A DNA stretch of 64,000 bases. Origin: Ostreococcus lucimarinus. Lineage: Eukaryota. The notes beneath the pieces were generated by a model. The model searched no databases, was not told the DNA's origin, and saw only the letters and a list, made by a program, of their open reading frames with translations. Positions 27,049-36,721 of this stretch are shown one piece after another; position 1 is the first letter of the stretch, and each line of letters opens with the position of its first letter. A program made the translations under genes and the position numbers. The stretch lies in assembly GCA_000092065.1 (NCBI GenBank), contig CP000595.1; one strand, 5' to 3'.

Positions 27049-29976
27049 ATGGCGCCGCCGTCGGCGCCGAACGACGAGCTCCTGTCGACGATACTGTTTT
27101 TGATCAACAATCACTACTGGTGCGCGCTGTACGAGCTCTACGTCGACGCGCGAAGGCTGAATGTGTTGGATGCGGATTTGCCTTCGCTGAACACTTTAAA
27201 GTCGTTCTTTAACGACTCAAAGCGGTTCCCCGACGGCGTGTTTCGCGCGGTCAACGACGCGTTCGACAGTGGGGTGTCGGCCGCGCGCGTGGTGGACGCG
27301 GAGTCGCGCGCGGCGGTGGCGGAGTACGAGTTGAGGTGCGCGCGGGAAGATTTGCAAAACTCGCGGCGAGGCGCCGGCGGAGGCGGAGGCGAGGACGGTG
27401 GCGAAGACGCGAGCGGGGCGAGCGTGCGGCGAGGCGTGGACGCGGATGATGCGTTTGCGCCCACGAGCGGTGATTCCGCGCGCTCGAGCGCGGATGACGT
27501 GGGTTTGGATGCGAAACTAGACGCGGCGACGTACGAGTACCTGTCTCGTCGCGGATACAAAGCCACGGCGCTTTCGATGCGCGACGAATCGTCCACAGCG
27601 GCGAAGTTGATGGAAAAAGATTTCGCGAGCGATGGAGAAAGAAGTTTCGGGGCGCTGCGAAGGATGTACGAGCGCGCGAGAATGACCGAGACGACGGCGA
27701 GCGCCCTGGAGAGCGAACGCGCGCGCGTCGACGACGTGGAGAGCGAGCTGATTCGCGCCCGCGCGCGAATCGATGAACTCGAACGCGAAAATACGACGAC
27801 GACGACGTTGCGCGACGCGTTATCGTCGAAATTAGCGCTAGCAGAAAGTGAGCTGAGCGATTTGAAGGTTTCGGCGGCGCAGTGGGAGAAGAAGGCGACG
27901 GAATCCGCGAGCGAGGTGAATAGGCTGTTGTCTGAACTCGGCGCTGGGAACGAGGAATGGTCGAGTCGCGACGGCAACGGAGTGCCGCGAACGACGATTG
28001 AAGAGAACGATACAATCGACGCGGTCTTGTCGTTCATTTGCGCGATCGCGCCGAAGGTTTCGCCGGCGGCGCGGAAGGAGTTGCTGCCGATGATTTCCCG
28101 CGCGTGCGTGCGAGCCGCCGGCGATGAAAAACGCGCCGCACGGTCTTCGAATCTGTTTTTTGAGCTCTTCAAAGCCCCGAATGCAGAACAGAGAGATGCA
28201 ATCGTCGACGCGATCGCGAACGTTGGCGAAATCGTGGGCATGAACGCCTTCGAGGGGACATTCATTCGAGGCTGCCTCGGATCCGAAGCCGTGGCGACGA
28301 TGAACGAAGAGCGACGAGTGCTCGTGCTCGACGCCATCGCCAAGCTCGGCGCATCATCGTGGTTTACTTTGAATAATTTTGTCATGGATGGTTTCAAGCG
28401 TGCCGCGGTAGATCCAAGCGATGGTGTTCGAGCGGAGTGCTCACGAGCGGTGGAGCGTTACATCGCCGCAAACGCGCCGAGCGACGACAACATGGAAACG
28501 ATTGAAGACGTTTTGATGACGCTCGCGTGCGACGGCTCCGACGAAGTTGCCGACGCCGCGCGAGCGACGCTCGCCCCCGCCGTCGCATCTTGGTACCTAG
28601 GTGCGAATCCACGACGGTTCACGGACGTTTTCGCGCGAAAGGTGCTCGACAAAGCCGCCGAGGCATTGCGGAGCGGATGGACCGGCGAAGGCGCCGAGCG
28701 GGAGTTCAAGGGTTGGGTGTCTCCAGAAGATGGTGATCGTCATCGATGGCACGCGACGAGCCTAGTAAAGACGTTTGAAGCGTTTGCGCGGCCGATTCGC
28801 GAGGCGTTAAGCGCGACGAAACCCGCGTCTATCGCAGACGGCGTCGACGACGCGCTGAGCAAAGACGCTCCAGATTCCTGGCCTTTCGCGCAGTGGTGCG
28901 TAAAAGAAGCCTCAGACTTGATTGTCCAAGTCATTAGCTCCACCGCACCCGATGTCGTCGGTCAAGAGTCCGTGAGAGAGAGCATATGCGCCGCCGTCGC
29001 GTCTTGGTGCGGCGTTCTCGGCGCGCTCGCCACGCGAGCGGTTTTGATTGGAAAAGTGAACGATGCTTGCTTGGTGAGTTACGATCAGCGTCGCGCGGTG
29101 ATGCCAATATTGCTCGCGGGCGTGGTTCCTTACACCCCGGACGGTGGCGCCGTGCTCGGAGATTACATTAAGCGCCTGATTCAACAAGCCAGCGCGGAGT
29201 CGTGCGATGAAATCATCGACGCCGCGCGGTACCTCGCCGCGTTCGAGCAGCACACCGCAAACTTGCTCGATGCGTTGAAGCGGTGCGCGCATCCGATCGC
29301 TGAGAACCCACCGACCGTGCGCCTTATCACCGCACGTCTTCTCGCGGCGACGTCGGAGATTTTGCCGCTCAAGCACGTGCTCGAACACGTCTATCCCGCG
29401 CTCAACGTTTTGCGAGCCGATCCCGAGACGAGTGTCCGCCGCGAAACCGCTCTAGCGCTCGCGGTGTGCGCGTGCACGCACTACGAGACTATCGAACCGA
29501 CGACGCAAACGATGCGTCAGCTCGAGTCGTTGATCGGCGACTCCGACGTCGGCGTCCGCGTCGCCGTCGTCGAGGCGATGTCCCTCGGCGCGTCGGTGCC
29601 CGGAACGTCGTTCGCCGTCTCCGCCGCCAGCGCGCTCTCAGCCATCGCGCAGCTGCCGAGTGAAGAACACGAGATCGCGCACGCGCTTTTCGCGGCCATT
29701 CGCGACATGCTCGGCGCGGATGGCGATTTGTTCCCTCAAATCTCCCCCGCCCTCGTCGCCTTGCTCGCGAGCGGAGGCCTCGACCAGGGGCGTCGCGCCC
29801 AAGTCGAAACCATGCTTCGCGACGGCGGCTGGTCCCCCGACACCGCGCCATCGAGCATCACCAACGTCACCGTCGACGCGCCCCACGCACCGGGACGCGG
29901 GAGGTCCTCCGCGTTCGATCGTATGAAGAGCGTGGGCCGTTCCGCCTTCGGCGGCCGCGGTCGCGACGCTCGATGA
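27049..29976 (+). CDS. LisH-domain and HEAT-repeat protein (RELCH/KIAA1468-like)
   Basis: Two LisH-like motifs (LSTILFLINNHYWCALYELY and YEYLSRRGYKATALSM), a coiled-coil ESERARVDDVESELIRARARIDELEREN, then long helical HEAT-like repeats. ATG at 27049. Confidence 0.45.
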   Translation: MAPPSAPNDELLSTILFLINNHYWCALYELYVDARRLNVLDADLPSLNTLKSFFNDSKRFPDGVFRAVNDAFDSGVSAARVVDAESRAAVAEYELRCAREDLQNSRRGAGGGGGEDGGEDASGASVRRGVDADDAFAPTSGDSARSSADDVGLDAKLDAATYEYLSRRGYKATALSMRDESSTAAKLMEKDFASDGERSFGALRRMYERARMTETTASALESERARVDDVESELIRARARIDELERENTTTTTLRDALSSKLALAESELSDLKVSAAQWEKKATESASEVNRLLSELGAGNEEWSSRDGNGVPRTTIEENDTIDAVLSFICAIAPKVSPAARKELLPMISRACVRAAGDEKRAARSSNLFFELFKAPNAEQRDAIVDAIANVGEIVGMNAFEGTFIRGCLGSEAVATMNEERRVLVLDAIAKLGASSWFTLNNFVMDGFKRAAVDPSDGVRAECSRAVERYIAANAPSDDNMETIEDVLMTLACDGSDEVADAARATLAPAVASWYLGANPRRFTDVFARKVLDKAAEALRSGWTGEGAEREFKGWVSPEDGDRHRWHATSLVKTFEAFARPIREALSATKPASIADGVDDALSKDAPDSWPFAQWCVKEASDLIVQVISSTAPDVVGQESVRESICAAVASWCGVLGALATRAVLIGKVNDACLVSYDQRRAVMPILLAGVVPYTPDGGAVLGDYIKRLIQQASAESCDEIIDAARYLAAFEQHTANLLDALKRCAHPIAENPPTVRLITARLLAATSEILPLKHVLEHVYPALNVLRADPETSVRRETALALAVCACTHYETIEPTTQTMRQLESLIGDSDVGVRVAVVEAMSLGASVPGTSFAVSAASALSAIAQLPSEEHEIAHALFAAIRDMLGADGDLFPQISPALVALLASGGLDQGRRAQVETMLRDGGWSPDTAPSSITNVTVDAPHAPGRGRSSAFDRMKSVGRSAFGGRGRDAR

Positions 29977-30287
29977 CCCTCGCCGCGCCCATCGCGCGTC
30001 TCGATCGATCTCGGCGATCGATCGATTAGCACTAGAAAAATTTGTCGTCGCGAAATCTCGCACCGAGGTCCCGTTCGATTGCGCGAAATCGCGTCCTCTC
30101 TTCCTCGTCGTCGTCGTCGGCGTAACCCCGCGACGCCGCCCCAGCGAAATTCGTCACGTCGCGAGCGCGCGCCGCACATCGCGTCGCGCTCGGCCGTCGC
30201 ACTCGCGCGCGTCGCGCACGACCTCGAGCGCGCCATCGTCGACGCCCCCGCGCGCGTTTCCGCGATCCTCCGCGCGGTGCGACGACG

Positions 30288-31022
30288 ATGTTTCGATCGT
30301 CGAGCCGCCGCGCGATCGCCGCCGCGGTGCGATGCGCGCGCGCGCCGCCTCGAGCGGCCGATTGCGCGCGCGCGACGCGGACGATGCCGACGGACGCGAA
30401 CCTGTCCTCGCCCGCGCGCGTCGGGCGCGCGACGATGCGTCGCGCGTCGACGATGGAGCGGGACGGCGAGAATCGCGCGCGAGGCTTCGCGTCGGCGTCG
30501 AACGCGACGCGTATGAGCGCGAACGCGGACGACGAGGCGAAGAACGCGAAGGACGATGACGTGGTGGTTGATTTGGACGCCGAGCTCGGCGCGCCGAAGA
30601 GCGCAAAGGTGGCGGAGATTGCGGATCGAGTGTGCGAGTTGACGCTGATCGAGGTGAACGAGCTGTGCGACGTCTTGGCGGAGAGACTCGGATTGGGCGA
30701 TATGAGTGGGATGATGTTCGGTGGAGGCGTGATGCCCGCCGGCGGTGGGGGCGGCGGTGGCGGCGGCGGCGGCGGCGGTAACGCCGCGGCGGCGCCCGCG
30801 GAGGAGAAGACGTCGTTCGCGTTGAAGCTGGAATCCTTCGACGCGGCGCAAAAGATTAAAGTCATCAAGGAGGTGCGCGCCATCACCGATCTCGGGTTGA
30901 AAGAGGCCAAAGAACTCGTCGAAGGCGCGCCCGCGGTGTTGAAGAAAGAGTTGAAGAAGGAAGAAGCGGAGGCGTTGATTGCTAAATTGACCGCCGTGGG
31001 CGCGGTGGCGGCGCTCGAGTAA
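30288..31022 (+). CDS. Organellar 50S ribosomal protein bL12 (L7/L12) with presequence and an internal poly-Gly insert
   Basis: The C-terminal domain KIKVIKEVRAITDLGLKEAKELVEGAPAVLKKELKKEEAEALIAKLTAVGA is canonical bL12. The N-domain is KVAEIADRVCELTLIEVNELCDVLAERLG. ATG at 30288. Confidence 0.9.
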   Translation: MFRSSSRRAIAAAVRCARAPPRAADCARATRTMPTDANLSSPARVGRATMRRASTMERDGENRARGFASASNATRMSANADDEAKNAKDDDVVVDLDAELGAPKSAKVAEIADRVCELTLIEVNELCDVLAERLGLGDMSGMMFGGGVMPAGGGGGGGGGGGGGNAAAAPAEEKTSFALKLESFDAAQKIKVIKEVRAITDLGLKEAKELVEGAPAVLKKELKKEEAEALIAKLTAVGAVAALE

Positions 31023-31734
31023 ATTACGCCGGCGCGCCGGTTAGCGTTTCTAGACAGAGTTCAATAACGACATCGACGACGATCGCGTCGCGTCACCGTT
31101 CGAGATCTCACGCCTCATCGCGCGCGCGCGCGCCCGTCCCCGATTCTCGATTCGCGCGCCGCGCCGCGCTCGCCGCGCGCGCCGCCCGTACCCCCCGTCG
31201 CGCGCGTCGAAATTCCATCGACGCGGTCGGTTTCGATTTCGAAACCGATCGATCGACCGATCGATCGATCGATCGAGACGATCGATGGAGACGTTCGACG
31301 TCGGTCGCGCGCGCCCGCACTCGGCGACGACGACGATGTTCGCGCCGACGCAGGCTCGAACGATGGCGCCGACGCGCGTGACGATGGCGCCGACGCGCGC
31401 GCGCGCGACGCGCGTCTCGACGGTGACGCGCGCGAGCGAAGGTGCGCGCGCGACGACGCAATCGACGCGGCCTCGCGTCGTGGATAGGTCACGCGCGACG
31501 ACATCGTTCGCGACGACGACGCGACGCGACGGCGCGCGCGAGCGAACGATCGCGACGTCGATCGATCGATCGCGCGCGTCGATGCCGCCGTCGAGAGATC
31601 GGTCGACGCGCGAGGGGCGCGGCGCGCGCGAAGACGATCGAGGGAGGGCGCGCGGGACGCGCGCGGGACGCGCCGCGACTGACGACGGAACGCGCGTTTA
31701 ATCGTGAATAGCGTCGGATAAGAACTTGGAGGTG

Positions 31735-32147
31735 ATGCGAAAGTTTTCTGAACAGTACGCGCGCGGGAGTGGGACGTACTTTTGCATGGATAAGAGCGTG
31801 ACGGCGGTCGTGATTCAAGGTTTGGCGGAACACAAGGACACGCTCGGGTCGCCGCTGTGCCCGTGCAGGCACTACGACGATAAGGAGGCGGAAGTCGCGC
31901 AGGGATTCTGGAACTGTCCGTGCGTGCCGATGCGCGAGCGGAAGGAGTGTCACTGTGCGTGTGCGCGCGATGCGACGACTCGGCGAACGAACCGCGCGCT
32001 TTTCGAATCTCACGACGAACGCTCGTTTACTGACTTCGCGCTCCTCGTCGAACAGGCATGCTCTTCTTGACGGAGGATAACGACTTCGCGGGCGACGAGC
32101 AGACGATCACGATGGACGAACTGGTGGAATTGACCGAGGACATGTAG
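31735..32147 (+). CDS. FTRC: Ferredoxin-thioredoxin reductase catalytic subunit (FTRC): join(31735..31954, 32056..32147), with a probable additional upstream transit-peptide exon
   Basis: MRKFSEQYARGSGTYFCMDKSVTAVVIQGLAEHKDTLGSPLCPCRHYDDKEAEVAQGFWNCPCVPMRERKECHC, then after a 101-nt GT-AG intron (ACTGAC branch) MLFLTEDNDFAGDEQTITMDELVELTEDM. The CPC...CPC...CHC motif is the FTRC iron-sulfur/disulfide site. The ORF-track start at 31726 is TTG. Confidence 0.9.
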
Positions 32148-32317
32148 AGCCCTCGATCGGGACGAAACAGCGCGCCTCAATGTATTTAACTTTACCCATT
32201 TTCTTTCCAAAACTGAACCCGCGCGCCCCCCCCCCCAGCGTCGACGCGCGCGCGCGCCGAGCGTCGAATGTTCACTCTAATGTCGTTTCGTGCAGTGTTA
32301 CAACTGAAAAGTATTGA

Positions 32318-33451
32318 TTAGAAGCACTTACGGTGGACGATAGAAGGTCCGGCTTCGTTGTACTCGCTCTTCGCGATCCACATTTGTTGGAACGTGGACA
32401 AAGACGCGAGGATGGACCCGCCGATCCAAACCGAGTACTTGCGCTCGTGCGGGGCGACGACCTTGATTTTCATGGACGACGGCGCCAGAGCGGTGAGCTC
32501 CTTGGACACGCGATCGGCGATGCCGGGGAACATGGTAGTACCACCGGAAAGCACGATGTTGGCGTACAAATCGCGCCTGATGTCGACGTCGCAACGCATG
32601 ATGGAGTTGTACGTCGTCTCGTGAATGCCCGGGGTTTCCATGCCGATCAAACTGGGCTGGAACAAAACCTCGGGGCAACGGAAACGTTCGTTACCGATCG
32701 TGATCATTTGTCCATCGGGAAGCTCGTACGACTTCTCGATCGTGGAGGAGCTTTGGCTCGCCGCCATTTCCTCGTCGAAATCCACCGCGACGTACGCGAG
32801 CTTCTCCTTGATGTCGCGAACGATTTCGCGCTCCGCCGACGTCGTGAAAGAGTGTCCGCGCTCGGTCAAGATCTTCACCATGTAATCGGTCAAATCTCTA
32901 CCCGCGAGATCGAGGCGAAGGATGGCGTGCGGTAACGCGTAGCCCTCGTAAATCGGCACCGTGTGCGATACGCCGTCGCCGCAGTCGAGCACGATGCCCG
33001 TCGTGCGGCCCGAGGCGTACAGGGACAACACGGCCTGGATGGAGACGTACATGGCGGGCACGTTGAAAGTCTCGAACATGATTTGGCACATCTTCTCGCG
33101 ATTCGCCTTCGGGTTCATCGGGGCCTCGGTCAAAAGCACGGGGTGCTCGGCCGGGTCCACGCGAAGCTCGTTGTAAAACGTGTGATGCCAGATCTTCTCC
33201 ATGTCGTCCCAGTTGGTGACGATCCCGTGTTCGATCGGATACTTGAGCGTCAAGATCCCTCGCTTACTCTGCGCCTCGTCTCCGACGTAGCAATCCTTCT
33301 GCCCCATGCCCACCATGACGCCGTGGTGTCGCGGTCGACCGACGATGGACGGAAACACCGCCTTCGGGGCGTCGTCGCCCGCGAACCCGGCTTTCACCAT
33401 CCCCGACCCGTTATCGCACACCAGCGCGGACACTTCGCCCTCATCCGCCAT
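32318..33451 (-). CDS. ACT: Actin
   Basis: [40 protein letters not shown]...KCF, 377 aa, intronless. ATG at 33451; the ORF-track upstream extension is spurious. Confidence 0.97.
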   Translation of the reverse strand: MADEGEVSALVCDNGSGMVKAGFAGDDAPKAVFPSIVGRPRHHGVMVGMGQKDCYVGDEAQSKRGILTLKYPIEHGIVTNWDDMEKIWHHTFYNELRVDPAEHPVLLTEAPMNPKANREKMCQIMFETFNVPAMYVSIQAVLSLYASGRTTGIVLDCGDGVSHTVPIYEGYALPHAILRLDLAGRDLTDYMVKILTERGHSFTTSAEREIVRDIKEKLAYVAVDFDEEMAASQSSSTIEKSYELPDGQMITIGNERFRCPEVLFQPSLIGMETPGIHETTYNSIMRCDVDIRRDLYANIVLSGGTTMFPGIADRVSKELTALAPSSMKIKVVAPHERKYSVWIGGSILASLSTFQQMWIAKSEYNEAGPSIVHRKCF

Positions 33452-34111
33452 CTTTCTTTCGTTCCTACGAATTCCGTCCGCGTCCTCGTCGCGCGTCGTC
33501 AGTCCTCGCTCGCGCGTCCTCGTCGCCGATCTCGTCCCGTCGCGTCGCGTCGCGTCGCGTCGCGTCCTCGTCCGCGACGCGACTCGCGCCGTCCTCTCGC
33601 GCGCGTCTCGCGCGCGTCTCGCGGTTCGTTCGTCCACCCCGAGCCGTCGCGCCCGATCGATCGTTCGCGAATCGTTCGCGAATCGAATCGTTCGCGAATC
33701 GGGGTGCGAATCGAATCAATCAATCAATCAACGACTCGCTTTGAAATCGTTCGCGCATCCGTCGCCCGTTCGCGTTTTGTCGTTCGCGTCGCGCCCGCGC
33801 GACCGACGTCGAATCCTCGGGACGTCGCGCGCGCCTCGGTCGCGTCGGTCGCGCGCCTCGCCTCGCCTCGCGCGCACCGTCGTCCGTCGTCCGCCGCGAT
33901 CTCGCGGTCGTCGCGAACGCAATCAATCGCGACGTCGCGGGCGCGTCGCATCGTCGCGGGCGCGCGCGTCGCGGCCCGGCGGTGTGTACCGTATATAAAA
34001 TACGAAACAATCGCGTATACGTTAGATCCCAAAACACCCATATATCGATCAATCACACGACCCAGATGTGCCCCGATCGCGATCGCGCGGCGCGCGGCGC
34101 GTCGCCGACGG
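33363..34111. repeat. Segmental duplication copy A: actin 5' coding end (first 27 codons) plus about 660 bp of upstream promoter; its partner is copy B at 35556..36430
   Basis: About 95 % nucleotide identity to 35556..36430. Copy B carries an extra ~145-bp internal tandem unit. Confidence 0.9.
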
Positions 34112-34153
34112 GGGGTCTCTCGTCTATATAAAATACGAATCAATCACGTATAC
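33983..34153 (-). promoter_or_regulatory. Two copies of an AT-rich 29-bp TATA-like element (TATATAAAATACGAAWCAATCRCGTATAC) upstream of actin; two more copies sit at 36165..36193 and 36310..36338 upstream of the chimeric GT gene
   Basis: AT-rich islands in an otherwise 70 % GC region. They lie 500-700 bp upstream of the actin ATG and are duplicated together with the promoter. Confidence 0.4.
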
Positions 34154-34593
34154 ATAACACCCCAAAATTGCGAGCTATACCTTATCAGTATGTATTACTT
34201 TCCACGTCCCTAATATGTGCGCGCCGTCGAAGTGCTAATAACTCGCGACGACGCTACAACGCGACGCGCGGCGCGCGCGGCGCCGGGATCTCGCGCTCGT
34301 GATCTTTTACTTTCCGCCGACGCGCCGTTCGCGCGGAACTGCGATTCCGAAGTGTGCCGCTTTCATGCTAGACGTAACTTTTTGATTTTAGATTTTAAGG
34401 ATACAAACGAACTACTCGCGTGATTACACTGGGATACCGCATGGAATAGCGCGTTTGTGACCTAGATACAACTTCGGACAATGGTCTCGAATACAAAGTA
34501 TATTAACACATGAAAACCCATGGGCCACGTCACAAGCACTGGCGTATCAACTTTCGTAGGACATGTGCCAAAGAAGTGTCAATTAATTGCCCA

Positions 34594-35634
34594 TCAGCGC
34601 AGTGGCGTTTTAGAACCAGAAACTTTTTGCACATCTATATACTTGAGGTTTCCTATTTGGATGTTTCCTGCGGACTGCCAATCCCACTCATACAAAAGAA
34701 TGCTAAGTACAGACTGATCGTATCGGTGCACAATATATTCTGTTGAAGGTGGGCCTTTGCGTGGTTTCGTCAGCTTACGACTGGATCCTGGAGGTGCCAT
34801 GCAAGAAAGACAGTTATGCACGCCGCATGCTATCCAAGGCGCGAGAACTGTCTTGTAAACATCCGACTGGAGGTTCGCTATCCAATATGTGGCAGCTATC
34901 TCCGTAAAGTTTTTGAATTTCGTACGGTCGACGTTCAGATAAGCATAAGTGGCGGGGTGTGTGTTCACCCCCATACCCAAAGCACCCAAACGACCGGCGA
35001 ATCCCACACCATCTTCGAGCACGTGAGACACCCACGTTTCCGGGTTTCCAAGGAAACGTGTTGAAGAATCTGCCCACATGAAAGCATCCAGGTCGTCAAA
35101 CACACGTAAAAACATCTGCACTACACGTGGTTTAAAACAGTACGTGTCTAAACGCTCTTGCTCTTCTATCACTAACGTCTGCAACTTGATCTGCGCCTTT
35201 ACTTTTTTCAATTGTAGCTTGTACTTTTGCAATAACCTGAACTCCGCATGCGCCATATCCAACGCGTCAACCTTGTGCATGTAGTATACAGAAACTATCC
35301 CACCATACCGGCTGTCTGCTAGAGAGCGCAGCATATCGAGATTTTCAGCGGCGTGGTTCGATGAGCACGCTGTCACTATTGCAAATCTGACTGTCTTGGC
35401 GCGAGTCCTGTGGCCGAGTCCTAAAATAAATTGAGGCCTGTGAAAAGCCAAATATCCCAACAATAACAGGAGCAGCGTGTTCAAGTGCGTACACGCCCTG
35501 AATTTCCACCGGTCTGCTTGGTCGTCGCCCCTGAATTTCCACCAGTCTGCTTGGTCGTCGCCCGCGAACCCGGCTTTCACCATCCCCGACCCGTTATCGC
35601 ACACCAGCGCGGACAGTTCGCCCTCATCCGCCAT
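34594..35634 (-). CDS. Chimeric gene: actin N-terminal 27 aa fused in frame to a type-II-membrane nucleotide-diphospho-sugar transferase-like (GT-A fold, PF03407/GT77-like) protein, inside a low-GC island
   Basis: The N-terminus [27 protein letters not shown] is identical to actin and encoded by duplication copy B. It is followed by a 31-bp tandem duplication ([21 protein letters not shown]), a TM anchor [14 protein letters not shown], then [23 protein letters not shown]...[22 protein letters not shown] (DxD...W...NP as in Nucleotid_trans). Local GC is about 48 % against about 68 % in the flanks. The non-actin part has no independent ATG upstream of the TM segment. Confidence 0.5.
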   Translation of the reverse strand: MADEGELSALVCDNGSGMVKAGFAGDDQADWWKFRGDDQADRWKFRACTHLNTLLLLLLGYLAFHRPQFILGLGHRTRAKTVRFAIVTACSSNHAAENLDMLRSLADSRYGGIVSVYYMHKVDALDMAHAEFRLLQKYKLQLKKVKAQIKLQTLVIEEQERLDTYCFKPRVVQMFLRVFDDLDAFMWADSSTRFLGNPETWVSHVLEDGVGFAGRLGALGMGVNTHPATYAYLNVDRTKFKNFTEIAATYWIANLQSDVYKTVLAPWIACGVHNCLSCMAPPGSSRKLTKPRKGPPSTEYIVHRYDQSVLSILLYEWDWQSAGNIQIGNLKYIDVQKVSGSKTPLR

Positions 35635-36430
35635 CTTTCTTTCGTTCCTACGAATTCCGTCCGCGTCCTCGTCGCGCGTCGTCAGTCCTCGCTCGCGCGT
35701 CCTCGTCGCCGATCTCGTCCCGTCGCGTCGCGTCGCGTCGCGTCCTCGTCCCCGACGCGACTCGCGCCGCTCTCTCGCGCGCGTCTCGCGCGCGTCTCGC
35801 GGTTCGTTCGTCCACCCCGAGCCGTCGCGCCCGATCGATCGTTCGCGAATCGTTCGCGAGATCGCGAATCGTTCGCGAATCGTTCGCGAATCGAATCAAT
35901 CAATCAACGACTCGCTTTGAAATCGTTCGCGCATCCGTCGCCCGTTCGCGTTTTGTCGTTCGCGTCGCGCCCGCGCGCGCGACGTCGAATCCTCGGGACG
36001 TCGCGCGCGCCTCGGTCGCGTCGCGTCGCGTCGGTCGCCTCGCCTCGCCTCGCGCGCACCGTCGTCCGTCGTCCGCCGCGATCTCGCGGTCGTCGCGAAC
36101 GCAATCAATCGCGACGTCGCGGGCGCGGCGTCGCGGCGTCGCGGGCCGGCGGGGTGTTGTACGATATATAAAATACGAAACAATCGCGTATACATTACAC
36201 CCCAAACTACCGATATGTCGATCAATCACACGACCCAGACCCCCCGCGATCGCCGTTCGCCCCGATCGCGATCGCGCGGCGCCGGACGCGCGCCGCGCGA
36301 TCTCTCGTCTATATAAAATACGAATCAATCACGTATACATTATCCCCCAAACCACCCATATATCGATCAATCACACGACCCAGATGTGCCCCGATCGCGA
36401 TCGCGCGGCGCCGGCGCGTCGCCGACGGTT
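35556..36430. repeat. Segmental duplication copy B of the actin promoter plus 5' CDS, serving as promoter and start codon of the chimeric GT gene
   Basis: See copy A. Preceded by a 31-bp direct tandem repeat at 35493..35555. Confidence 0.9.
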
Positions 36431-36721
36431 TCCGCGGCGTCGGCGCTTTTTACGCGCCGCGCGACGCGCGCGCGTCGCGAGATCGCGCCGCGGTGGCGTC
36501 GCGCGGCGTTCGAGCGGACGCGGTCACGCGCGCGCGTCGTACACACATACGCGCCGACGCCACAACGCGCACCGCGCACGCACAACGCGCGCATCGTGTC
36601 GCCGTCGACGCGAAAAAGCGTCGTAGGTTTGTCGGATAACGTGACGCGGATCGCGCGCGAGCGCGACGTCGGATAACGAGACGGCTCGCGAGGGGGCGCG
36701 CGTCGCGAGATCGCGCGCGCG

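Noticed and set aside
32963-34213. 416-aa plus-strand ORF spanning the actin 5' end and promoter
   Set aside because: Antisense to actin and to a promoter region full of simple repeats. R/S-rich translation with no domain.
34594-35634. Possibility that the actin-like N-terminus here is just a decayed actin pseudogene fragment rather than part of a functional chimeric gene
   Set aside because: Not fully rejected, but judged less likely. The fragment is kept exactly in frame with an otherwise intact 319-aa glycosyltransferase-like ORF with no stops, and the downstream part has no ATG of its own before its TM anchor. Expression data are needed.
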